Translations under genes and position numbers: made by a program
NCBI GenBank assembly: GCA_051294905.1
Contig: CM119373.1
Span: 4,590,001-4,654,000 of the forward strand
Direction: 5' to 3'
DNA from: Botryllus schlosseri
Lineage: Eukaryota
Length of the DNA stretch: 64,000 nucleotides
In this document: piece by piece, positions 12,055-24,000 of the stretch
Position numbering within the stretch: the stretch's first letter is position 1
How the letters are laid out: every line of letters begins with the position of its first letter
The notes under the pieces: model-generated
The model's database searches: none
Told to the model about the DNA's origin: nothing
Seen by the model: only the letters and a program-made list of their open reading frames with translations

Positions 12055-15000
12055 GTAAGCATAGTAGAGAAGGATTGGGTGTTTTCTTTGGTTAAGAATA
12101 TGCTGAGAGCTCGCTTTACTGAGTTTAATCACCTTGTTGTTGGACGGTGAAGTGTTCTGGATATAAAGATGATGGAAGCATGTGTTCGTCAAATGTATTG
12201 TCTGCAGTAATGTCTGAGTATTTGAAATCGGAATTTAATGAATTTCAAATTTCCCTCGCAAACAACCTGTTCGCAAATCGGATATCGCTTATACTCATTA
12301 CTCTTACACAGTGTTTCAAACCTTTTTTACCGCTCTCACCCCTTGAGCTGTCATGAAATGTTTATCGTACTCCCTATCCAGTATCAAAACAGCACTTTGT
12401 CAGGCTGCCTGCTGGTATCAGGCTACCGCAGAGTTTTTAGCAAAAGTCCTGTGAATTTCGGGGATAGGAGACTTTCAGCGACTGGAGATATCAATATCGA
12501 ATTTCTCGCCAACGTGGTGTGTTTCAGGGTCTAAATGTTTACCACCGCCGATATCGTTGACAATAAATGCATAATTGGTCACTGGTATACCGAAACGTCA
12601 TAGGTATTCCCGCAACAGCAGGTTTCACGCCCCGGAACTAAAACATCACAGAAGCCCCAAGCCACCATTCTCTCATAATTGTAGAAAAGGGCTACACTCA
12701 TCTATGTAGCCTACCATAATTTTGTCGAACGGGGATGGCAAACCCGAATTGAGAGCATCCATTATTTTGAAAGTAAATTGCTCGAAGCGGAGGAAAATTT
12801 CCGAGTTGAAGATTTTCAGCCGATGTTTTGCTTTATGTTGATTCGCAAAATAGCTTTAGGTCAGTGCTTTTCAACCTGTGTGACGGCTCGCACTTGTGCG
12901 AATGAAAACAAAATGCAGTGTGAATAACTGAGGTGGTGCGATTGGTGCGAATCAAAATCCGGATCCAGTGCGAATGAGAATAGTGATTAATTATAATTGT
13001 CAACCGCAGGTTCGCGAAGACGTTTGTGCCGGTCCGCCAGGTATTTAAAAAAATTACCCTCATTTCAAGATGCAAAATATTGAAGGCTTGTCAATTGATG
13101 AAATAAAGGAAACATCAACATCAACCTTTTCAGAACTTCGTGAGGTAATGTTAGGCCTGGAAACATGTTCGATTTAACTTGAAGTTCAAGCCGCCTCCTT
13201 TGACGACATGCGAGCGACAAGTACGAGCTGACTCGCTAAACCGCGCAGTTTGCATTATCATTCGTCTTCGATTCATTCATATTGTGGATAAACCTGTATC
13301 GCTGTTGACGGGTGTTTTTGTGCGGCATATTGCATTCATAGTACGAAGTACGGCTGGTGGTAGTGGAAAATGGGCAAGGTAGCACGACAAGGTGCCTGGC
13401 CCGGTGTTGGGATCACGTCACAACCTTCAAGTCACAAGTCAATTCGAGTCATGTCAAGTCACTCGATTTTTGGAGTTGACTCGAGTCAACTCAAGTCTTA
13501 TCAAAACACGTGTCAAGTTACAAAGTCATATCGGATTTTTGAAGCATGATTCAAGTCATTTCATTTTGCAAGATGATTGAAGCACAGATTGATTTACTAT
13601 GAATTATTAATTGAGTAACGAATATCTTGGTAATTATATATTCAGCTGGGCATTGTATGGCTCACATACGTAGAACTATTAGGCCACATCGGTAACTGCC
13701 CGTCAAATAGATGACAGAATATGAATTCTCAGAAGTTGAAACAAATTGATATGATCCAATATACAATTCACATATATATCTATACGATTCAATTGAAGCC
13801 TGTACCAATTGCTGACGAGTAATATAAACGTCAATTTAAATTATACAAGAGCTTCGTTAAGACTAATAATGAACAGAATGTCACTGCTGCAGATAGAGTA
13901 GTACTATTCTACGGCAACGTAAGCTCTAATCACCACGTTTGCCGTCAATTTATTTGTGACTTGTTGACGGAGGCTAAGTAAAACTATGCAGGTTGCTCAA
14001 TCGTTGAATGAATGATTAGTCAACATATCATATTAGCGTGCCGAGAGCATGTACGAGTTAGTCGACACCGATTATTTTATGACTTGAAATTCACTCAAAA
14101 TTTTGTTTCGAGTCATGAGTAAATCCACATTCTTGAGACGCCGAGTAATGTCAAGTCATTTTGCCAAGGTGACTCGAGGCAGCATAACACTGGCTTGGTC
14201 TGGCTCCGAAACGGTTCTTCTATAGATATTGTCGAAGAGAAAAATGTTATTCGAGTTGGCGTAGTCGGTTAATCGATTACCTTCATCGCGAAAGACTGTA
14301 ATCGAATGTTACATCGACTACGCAAACTAACTACAGTAAAATCACATGAATACTATCATGAACAAAACCCTCAAAATTTCACTCTTTAGTACCATACGTG
14401 CAACAAAACGGTTTCATACTCTCTATTTTGGATTAATGTCAATTTTTGAAGGTCCACTGGTCCGCCATATATTTTTTGAAATTTTACCGGTCTGCGAGGT
14501 GAAAAAGGTTGAGAACCACTGCTTCAAATAGATAGCATCATCGATTGTAAAAACAACTTATAACTATACCTTAAGCAACAAGTGGCTAGAAAAAGAAATG
14601 ATAAGTACTTTGGTGAAAGATTTGAAGAAGCATACTTTACACATAATTGGTGTTACTTTTCGAGATTTTAAGATGTTCAGCTTTCGTGGAATTCGTACAC
14701 CATTGATTTTTTGATTCGACTCGATTGAAAGATATTGAGTATTTAATGACATAGACCGCAGTAGTTTTCAAAGTGAGCGAGGTTGAAAAAAAGTCGTGAA
14801 AAAAATTGTTCAAGTCGAAGTATAAAATTTACTGTTTGATTAATCGGATACAACATACTGGAATATAGCAGGAAGGTAAAATGAAAACATTTCTCATGAC
14901 CTCTATACTCTTCACAGGAGCATTTATGTCATATGTTAAGCTTGATAAGGGGGCGATAAGTCAACAAAATTTGAAAGATACTGATCTAAACGATGCTAAG

Positions 15001-18000
15001 AAACTGTAATTCGTTTGGGAATTGAATCTGCAGTGCCAAAAGTAGGTGAGGTATAAATGCTGCTGAACTTGAACAAGCTACTTATTGTACCTTTCAGATG
15101 GGTACTGCAGTCGAAGATACATAAATGAACGCTGGATTGCTCTTGGCAAATGCAGGGTCAGTATATTGAAAATAGTGGATATGATACAAGATTCAGTGAT
15201 GAAGGAGAATATTACTGCGACGAGCATAGCATTGCTCTAATCGGGGTAATCACATTTACCTAATGCTTCATGAACTATTCGTGTTAGGGCCATTTTCGCT
15301 GTAGTAGGAGGGTGAAAATATTAGAAACAAATTGGATTTTGATATTCTTATACATTTTATATAAATATACATTGATATCAATTTCTAAAACATATTTTTA
15401 GTCCGGTAAATCTCTTGAAAGCGTTGTTACTAACCTGAAGAAACTCTTGGAAAAGGAAACTGCTAAAGCTGCGACGTCGGGTAATGTTATACAGAATATA
15501 AAGTATTTAAAAATTAAACAATTATCCACGGACCATTGCATGGACTTTCGTAAAACGAGTTAAGTCATGGGGCTGACTATGTAGATATGTGTCACTTTTG
15601 AGGGTACACGTGCCCATAAACGTAAGCGTACTAAGATATCCTTCGCTTCCAACCATTCTGATTTTCTTTCGAAGCTTGCCACAAAATATAAATGCGAATA
15701 AAGCTGAGGTCGGCTCAAGTTCGACTCTTATGCATAATATTTATACTTATTTGGTAAATATGTAGATTTATAGACTCTATACAACGCATCTTGGGAAACA
15801 GTGGCATAGCTGTGGCATTCTCTTCAATTTCTTCGTAGAACTCAAGGTAAACTCACCGTCAAGATCCTAAAAGAGATATTCAAGTGTTTAGTTGAAGTTG
15901 ATTGACAATATAACGGATGATTGCTCGCCCCGTGGACTAGAACAGGATTCAAATCTTCAGACAGCTCACGGGCCGGACCAATCAAATGATTCCAAGATGC
16001 TACCTGTTAATCCAACCCCTTGATTTTTTCATTTGAATACGTTATTATCAAGCCTATATACCTAATTGATATTACATTTCATATAGGATCATAGGGATTC
16101 TATTCTATAGCCACGCCGTTATCTGAAAATAACGTAATTGGAAAAATAAGATAATTGGCTGGTTAAATATAGCGGCTCTAACGATGATATGAGTTTGCAT
16201 ATTTCTATGCTCTCTTTGTTCTCGCATTAGCCCTGCGTATATGCATCGTGAGCAATGGAAGAGATTCAACTGTAAACGTAGTGCGACCACGGATATTTGA
16301 ATTATATTTTGTGCAACTGTGCCAATCTCCACGTAGCCGGCATATAATGGTTTTGCAGTGGTATTTTCGCTTTCTATGAAACTCTAAACTCGGTGTGCCA
16401 ATTTTTACCTTCTTGGAATTGGGTGTCAATACCACCGACTCGCTCCGAATGGTGACTACAGTGAAACGACAACACCGCAGTCTGATGGTTATATTGCGGC
16501 GTATGAGCATGCTCGACATTTGCCATATTGTGGGATTATTTAATGAAAGTATTTTTTACTTAAAATCTCAGAATTGCTTCGCGGGCCGTATGTTTTACAC
16601 CCATGGACTAGAAGATTATAAATGACAACTTATATGTATCCTTAGTTATTGAGACGAGTGGAAAATATATGCTTGCTTACTAGGCTGAATTCTTTTATGA
16701 AATTTTTATTCGACGATCCAAATGCTCCTGTACAAAATAAATTTCTGAATAAGATTCTTATAATACCTCGTTTAATTTAGTTAGTTTGTAGTGATCGTAG
16801 TGTCCAAAATGCATTCAGAGTAATCATTTGTGAGCTAATGGGTAATATATTGCACTTTACCAACTATCAAGTTGATTTTGCCAGTATATTGAGGTATAAG
16901 TAGCACTACAATTCTATTCGCTACCACGTTTCGATTACGAGCGATAGGCGATGTAAGCACCGCCATTAGGACGACGTCACGATTCGAACAATCGGAGCGC
17001 CGCAACACGTTGACCAATTGACCATGATAGTGGAAATTATATCGAGCGATTATTCGGAACAATGCCGATTTTTAGACCAGCATTTGAATAGTATTTCCGG
17101 CATCAGGGCAACGATAGCTTTCGATTAGGATCAGTAATGTTAAATTTGAGCGCTCGGAGGGCATGGCCAACTATAGGATGACCATGACCAATTATGCTGC
17201 TTTTAGCTGTCTCAGCATGAGGCTTGTCTGGGAATCCAAGTGTGACAACTAATTTGCCAATTAGGGGTGTTAAAAAAAAACTTCTTTTTTCAAATTTCAT
17301 CGGCTTGGTTGTCAAGTCGTCAGGTTACCTAAAAAAACGTTGCACACCAAATTTGACTCAACTCCAGTCAATAGAACCCGGGGTCATTCAAATTGAAATT
17401 TCAGTTATTTTTGAAATATTTGTTTTACGGTGACCAATGACCGACATGACCAAATTCGTTTTACAGGTATGCCTGAAAATGCAGGGGTGTCTTTTCCACT
17501 TTTTTTGATCTTGGCATGGGCCTATGGTGGAGTTTGGATGGAGACATAGCCAGTGAACGAGAAAAAGATATGACACGGATGAGCTGGAAATTAATCCACT
17601 TCATTGAAATAGACAGGTTAAAACGATGGTGAGATTATTTCCAAATAGAGTACTTCACACACTGAAATCACCGACCACGAAAAAGAAAAGAAAAAATGAT
17701 AAACACGCCAAATACGGGTAAATATATTTCTAAAGTGACAGTCAATATCTATATTGTTTGTCGGTCCAATGTAGATTTCTTCACGACACAATTTGATATT
17801 ATATGATATTCTATTAGTTGCTCTGCAGCACTCCTATAGTACTCACACAGGCAAATTATAAGACTAATTATTACTCTATGACAAGAAGGGGGTTCAGATG
17901 ATATTGAAAGACCAGAAAATGACTAATGTTCTTTATAAGCTCAGTGGGTTACCATTTAGTTTCCCTGCAGCTAAATTGGTCCGACAAAAATACTTTTAGA

Positions 18001-21000
18001 TAAGAATATCACTTGAGAAATATATTCACCCGTATTTTAGCTGCTTGTCAGTTCATTTTATTTCCTGGTCGGTAATTTCAGTGCGTAAAGTACTCTATTT
18101 GAAAATTATCTCACCATCCTTTTAACGTGGCTATTTCAATGAATAGGACTAATTTCCAGCTAATCCGTGTCATATCTCTTTTTCGTTTATTGGCGATATT
18201 TTCATCCAAACTCCACCAAAGGCCCTTGTCAAGATCAAAACAAGTGGAAAAGACATCTCTGGGTCTTCAGGCATACCTGGAACACGATTTTTGATCATGT
18301 CGGTGTGACGAAATTGGTCACCGTAAATACTAATATTTCCAAAATGACCGAAATTTCAATTTGACTGACCTCGGCTTCTACTGGTTGGAATTGAGTCAAA
18401 TTTGGCGTGCAGCCTTTTTTAGCTAACCTGACGATTTGACAACTAGACCAATAAAATTTGAAGAATTTTTTTCTTAACACCCCTTGCCGATCTATCCGTA
18501 TGCTAGTGATCTATACTCTGGGTTATGATTTGGTACATCAGACCGAGATAGCTGTGAAGGTAAACCGGTCCTAGGAACTGTTTAAGTCAGCAATAATTGT
18601 CAGATTGACAAAGTGTGCTTAAATTTATACAAGTGTTAATTGAGACTCGAAAATGAAACATATTCGTTCGCTATTTCTTGTCTTTATTATTTTTTGCCTT
18701 ATTAACGTTGAGACGGTGAGGCTGAGACGCTGGATAATATTTGTATTAATTTATATTGAAAAGATTGCTTGAACATGAATCTATGTCGAAATTCGCTGCG
18801 GTCTACTTAGGGGGCGGCATTTTAGCGAGAGCCAGGGGCGGCAGCACATGCTGCTACGCCAGTGCGTCCACGTCGTCCAAATATCATATGATCGACCGAA
18901 AAGATCCTCGCTCTATCAAATATGCCAGGCCTGATGTGTGGAACAGTATCCCACCGGCCATCTGACAGTCGACGAGCTACTAAATGAATACTAGTCCATC
19001 CTCAAGATTACCGGACCATGACTGACCTATCGATCTCGCCTTCCATGACATGCCCCTCCATTTCTTGTTGCTTGCTCTTTTTCCTATACTATCTTCTTTA
19101 CTTTTCATTCGGTGTGCATGCTTCCTCTTTACACCGCCTAGGTCAAAGTGGGTGTCTGGCCATAGACTGCTCCAAGTCGCTTCGACACCTTCCTATCTTT
19201 TCATTGTATCGCATTTGTGGTGTATTGAACTGATAAAAATTGCTTATAAACTAATGATGATGAAGAAATATACTGACAATTTAATCCGGTATCTCTCAAA
19301 TACAAGTATATTTAGTTATTCATTTCGTGCACAAAGCTTCAAAACATATATATGTACAAGGGGGCTCTCACTCTTAGTAGTGATATACAGTGCCTCGTTC
19401 TTCGATTTCCACACGCTGTACGCTGCAGGATATAAGACCTAGTTCGAAACATTTTGTTGAAAATAACCCTAGCGTGACGGCAGTGTTTTAGCGGGAAATT
19501 GGCAATCTTAAAAGTACGCACAAATCATTCTACATGAATTATAATAGCCCACTACATTTATGAAATCTTATGTAGTAAACATCGTCGCGTAGTGCGACAG
19601 AAAATTTCGTGATTTGACATGTTTGTGGAATGTTAATTTGCTCTGAATACTCATTAAGGATATGTCCTACTACTACATCATCTACTGCGAAGTCATTTTT
19701 TTTTCAGCGCCCCCCCATATCGCCCCCTGATCCCAGCGCCTCCCATATCGCCTGCTGAGCGTTTCCGCCCCTCCCGAGGGGCCCTCCTTATCTATATTAT
19801 CGCAACTTCTGGGGGGCTCCGTCCCCCAGATTCCCACTCGCTGACGGTCAATGAAACTTTAATTGTTGTGCCCCTCGTATGCACTGTTCCGATACTACAT
19901 TGTCTGTACATCATGATATGACTGTTCACTGTTCCTCTCAAACAAAAAAACTTTCAGCATATATAATAATTATAATGCCATGCCAAAGTACATTAACGAC
20001 TTGTATTATTTGAAAACAACTGAACTATCGCGCGTGTCGAGACCCACCTATTTGGAAGAATTATGGGATGTAGCATGACATAATAGTATACCAATGCAAC
20101 TGCAAACCAAATAGACCACAAATGATCCAGAAAGCTGTCAGCTGACATTAGTAATAAGCCAGCACATCACGTCAAGGTTTCAGCCAGGTGCTGGATTAGG
20201 CCTATTTTCTTTCTACTTATAAGATTTTGTTGCATGATTGATTAGGCTTAAAAGCAAAATGTGCGGCAATGTGGTACAACACCTGTAATACGACAGGAAC
20301 ACATCAGTGCTAGTATCACCTGTGAAGAGCTAGTTCCACGATCTGTAAGAATATAGCTTTCAATACAACATCCATTGTAATATAATATTTATTGAACTCG
20401 AATAATTTTCGGGTGCCTCTTTTCAAGAGTTAACGGCACACCAAAGGGATTTAGGTATTTAAACAGATTTAAAAGCAAAACCAAAAAGGCAAAGTATGAT
20501 GCAACAATCAAAATCACAAACCATGACATTCGCATTGTCACAATGGCAACAATAACAAAATAGTATTCGGACTTACGGTACTATACGGCCGTAAACCAAA
20601 CTTTACGCTGATTGGTCGAGAGACAATGGCCATGGATACGGCGCAGCAACGGAGGACGCTGCATTTACCTCAACCTATAGTCGGCACTACGATGTATTCC
20701 TATAGCCGTGTAGACTGTATAAAAACGACAAGATTACACTTAAATGTTTATTTCTTCATCAATAATAAAATTAGGAACGGAAATAAAATATTTAATAACA
20801 TATACTGAAATATAATGCTGAAATACTACCGTGTTTATGAATGCAGTGCCACCAATGGCAATGAACTGGGGAAGAACAGATCTTTCCATTTATTTTCTTT
20901 CAACGCAAAGGACAGAAAGGCTTGGGAAGGCAGAGTATAAGAAGGCAGGACTATTTTTGGCATACATTTGGGCCTAAATTCGATGCCAATAAGAGTGATG

Positions 21001-24000
21001 TAGGCTAATTATCTAGCAGCAGTCAAATAAAAACTCTTTTTCTGTGATTTCTGCCCAAGTTCAAATTTCATGAACTCATCGCATGTGCTGTTACGATACC
21101 TCAAGCACACCAGTGCAGATGAGGTTTGCTCAGCTAGAATCACTCTATCATGTGAAGCACCCAGATATACATATGGAAAAAGAACATGACCAATCTTTGC
21201 TACATTCACATGAGTGATGCTTAGTAGTCTTGAATGGCCCTTTCTTCGTGCAATAACCCCCACAATATTGAATACCTGTTCATACTGTACTATCATTGAA
21301 GTGATTTGAAAAGAGATGTTGCATATGGAGTACCTGCTGTCTTGTTCCCCTCAAAGCAGTCCAAAACCTTACCAAAATTGCTACTTGTGAGCCGAAGAGC
21401 CCTATGTATTTACCCCATTCTGCACATCCTCTCTGTTCTGATGTCCTGTGGGCTTAGGTAGCTAATTTGCATATGACTGACTTCGTTGGCTTCTATCCCT
21501 AAGATTCAGGTGATGGATTTGAAGATTCCATTTCAAGGCTACACGATGGCGATTCTAGATCAGGATCAGCAGATGAAAATGTAAGATTTGCATGTGCAGC
21601 ATCCACAACATTGGAGGAAGACAGTTGACACGGCATGGAGTTCAGGGTCCGCCTCTTTGCAATGCGCATATCTTCTGCTTCACCACGGAGATTGCGACTG
21701 GGAATCGCACCTTTCTTTAGACGTGACTGTATTGGTGTATCTATAATGCACTAGCAGCAAAATCTTCCTTGCAAAAGTGGTAGGAGCAAATTATTATTAT
21801 TTTATTCTTTATTCACAGTAAAACTGCTAGATACACACATAATCCGGGGAGCAACCTGCCCCCAAAGCAAAATGGCGAGATTGGAGTAAATTTTTAAAAT
21901 TTCAGTAATACATTCAAATTGTTATTCCTATGCAATACACGGAGAAGTCAGATTACAGAATTGCAGCAGATGAAGAATTGGCCAAGGGTTACAGAGCAGA
22001 GGTAGAGATGATTGAAGATGAAGAATCGAAATTACAGAAATTATGCTGTGATTCACAAGTGTAATTTTAGTCCAGTGGTGCATTCAAGGCCTTCCGAAGA
22101 ATGTGCACAGTGCCCAATAATGTGATCTTTTGGATCATGTCGAATCGAACGTTACCCGGAATTTGTTGGATATGTCTCATGAGTTTTTTGCTCACGACCC
22201 CTGTAGCACCAATGACTATCGGTACAATGTTTATTTTGCATCGCCACATTTTCTCACATTCCATTTTGAGGTCTGCGTATTTGGAGTGTTTTTCTGAGTC
22301 TTTTTGCAGTAGGTTGTGATCAGCTGGGACAGCCAGTTCAATGAATAAGCATTCTCTTTTCTTTTTTAGTTTGACGATTATATCCGGGCGGTTACTCCTG
22401 ATTTCGCGGTCAGTTATAACTGGTACATCCCACAGAATTTTTACTTGTTCGTTTTCTGTCACTGGTGCTGGGCTGTAATCGTACCAATTTTTTGTCCAAG
22501 TGGTGATGTTAAAATGTTTGCATAATTCAAGATGAATGTAGTGACCAATCCTATTGTGTCTCCATGTGTATTCGGTAGCTGCAAGTGCACCACATCCGGA
22601 CATGAGATGTGCTACAGTTTCATTTTGGTTGTGGCACATTCTGCATTTGCCGTCCGTGTTTTGCTTCAGAATTCTTTTGCGATAGTATTTTGTAGGAAGC
22701 GATTGGTCTTGTGCTGCGAAAATGAATCCTCTCTGTTCTGATGTCCTGTGGGCTTAGGTAGCTAATTTGCATATGACTGACTTCGTCGGCTTCTATCCCT
22801 AAGATTCAGGTGATGGATTTGAAGATTCCATTTCAAGGCTACACAATGGCGATTCTAGATCAGGATCAGCAGATGAAAATGTAAGATTTGCATGGAGTAC
22901 CTGCTGTCTTGTTCCCCTCAAAGCAGTCCAAAACCCTACCAAAATTGCTACTTGTGAGCCGAAGAGCCCTATGTATTTACCCCATTCTGCACATCCTCTC
23001 TGTTCTGATGTCCTGTGGGCTTAGGTAGCTAATTTGCATATGACTGACTTCGTTGGCTTCTATCCCTAAGATTCAGGTGATGGATTTGAAGATTCCATTT
23101 CAAGGCTACACGATGGCGATTCTAGATCAGGATCAGCAGATGAAAATGTAAGATTTGCATGTGCAGCATCCACAACATTGGAGGAAGACAGTTGACACGG
23201 CATGGAGTTCAGGGTCCGCCTCTTTGCAATGCGCATATCTTCTGCTTCACCACGGAGATTGCTACTGGGAATCGCACCTTTCTTTAGACGTGACTGTATT
23301 GGTGTATCTATAATGCACTAGCAGCAAAATCCTCCTTGCAAAAGTGGTAGGAGCAAATTATTATTATTATTATTATTGTACACAACAGTGGTGCTTTTAG
23401 CCTGTTTAAGGCTTTGTGCTCCACGACATGACAGTATTTGAAATGATCAAGGCATTTATTCTTGTCTTTGACATTCTTTCCACTCTCTCATGCATCGGCT
23501 CGCGATTCATCGGGTCTTTAGCTGTCGACTTGTAGTTCGGCTCACTGTGATTTCTGGGCTTTTTAAGTCACTGCAACTGCAGTGAGGTCGGCGATGAGGA
23601 GCAAATGAAGCTTGTGGAAGTAGGCTTGAAATCCTGCCTTCTTACTCTGCATTCCCAAGCCTTCCTGACCTTTGCGTTGGAAGGATATGAATGGAAAAAT
23701 CTGTTCTTCCCCAGTTCCTTGCCATTGGTGGCACTGCATTTATAAACACAGCAGTATTTCGGCATTATATTTTAGTATACGTTACAAAATATTTAATATC
23801 CTTTCCTAATTTTATTATTGATGAAGAAATAAACATCTTACTGTAATCTTGTCGTTTTTATGCAGTCTACACGGCTATAGGAATACATCGTAGTGCCAAC
23901 TAGGCTTAGATAAATGCAGCGTCCTCCGTTGCTGCGCCGTATCCATGGCCACTGTCTCTCGACCAATCAGCGTAAAGTTTGGTTTACGGCCGTATAGTAG

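Larger units (their letters stand above)
20579..23999 (-). mobile_element. THAP-domain transposon relic (Kolobok-like) bounded by ~370-bp inverted repeats, disrupted by retroinsertions and an internal duplication
   Basis: 20579-20950 is the reverse complement of 23632-23999. The minus-strand ORF from 23765 reads MPKYCCVYKCSATNGKELGKNRFFHSYPSNAKVRKAWECRVRRQDFKPTSTSFIC and, after removing the 23359-23596 insert, SYHFCKEDF...RLKKGAIPS (THAP C2CH plus AVPT-like box). The 20970-21300 minus-strand peptide resembles the N-terminus of Kolobok/Mutator-like transposases. Confidence 0.6.

Noticed and set aside
23568..23765. Functional host THAP gene
   Set aside because: Interrupted before the zinc-binding His by a retroinsertion, with downstream stops and transposon context.
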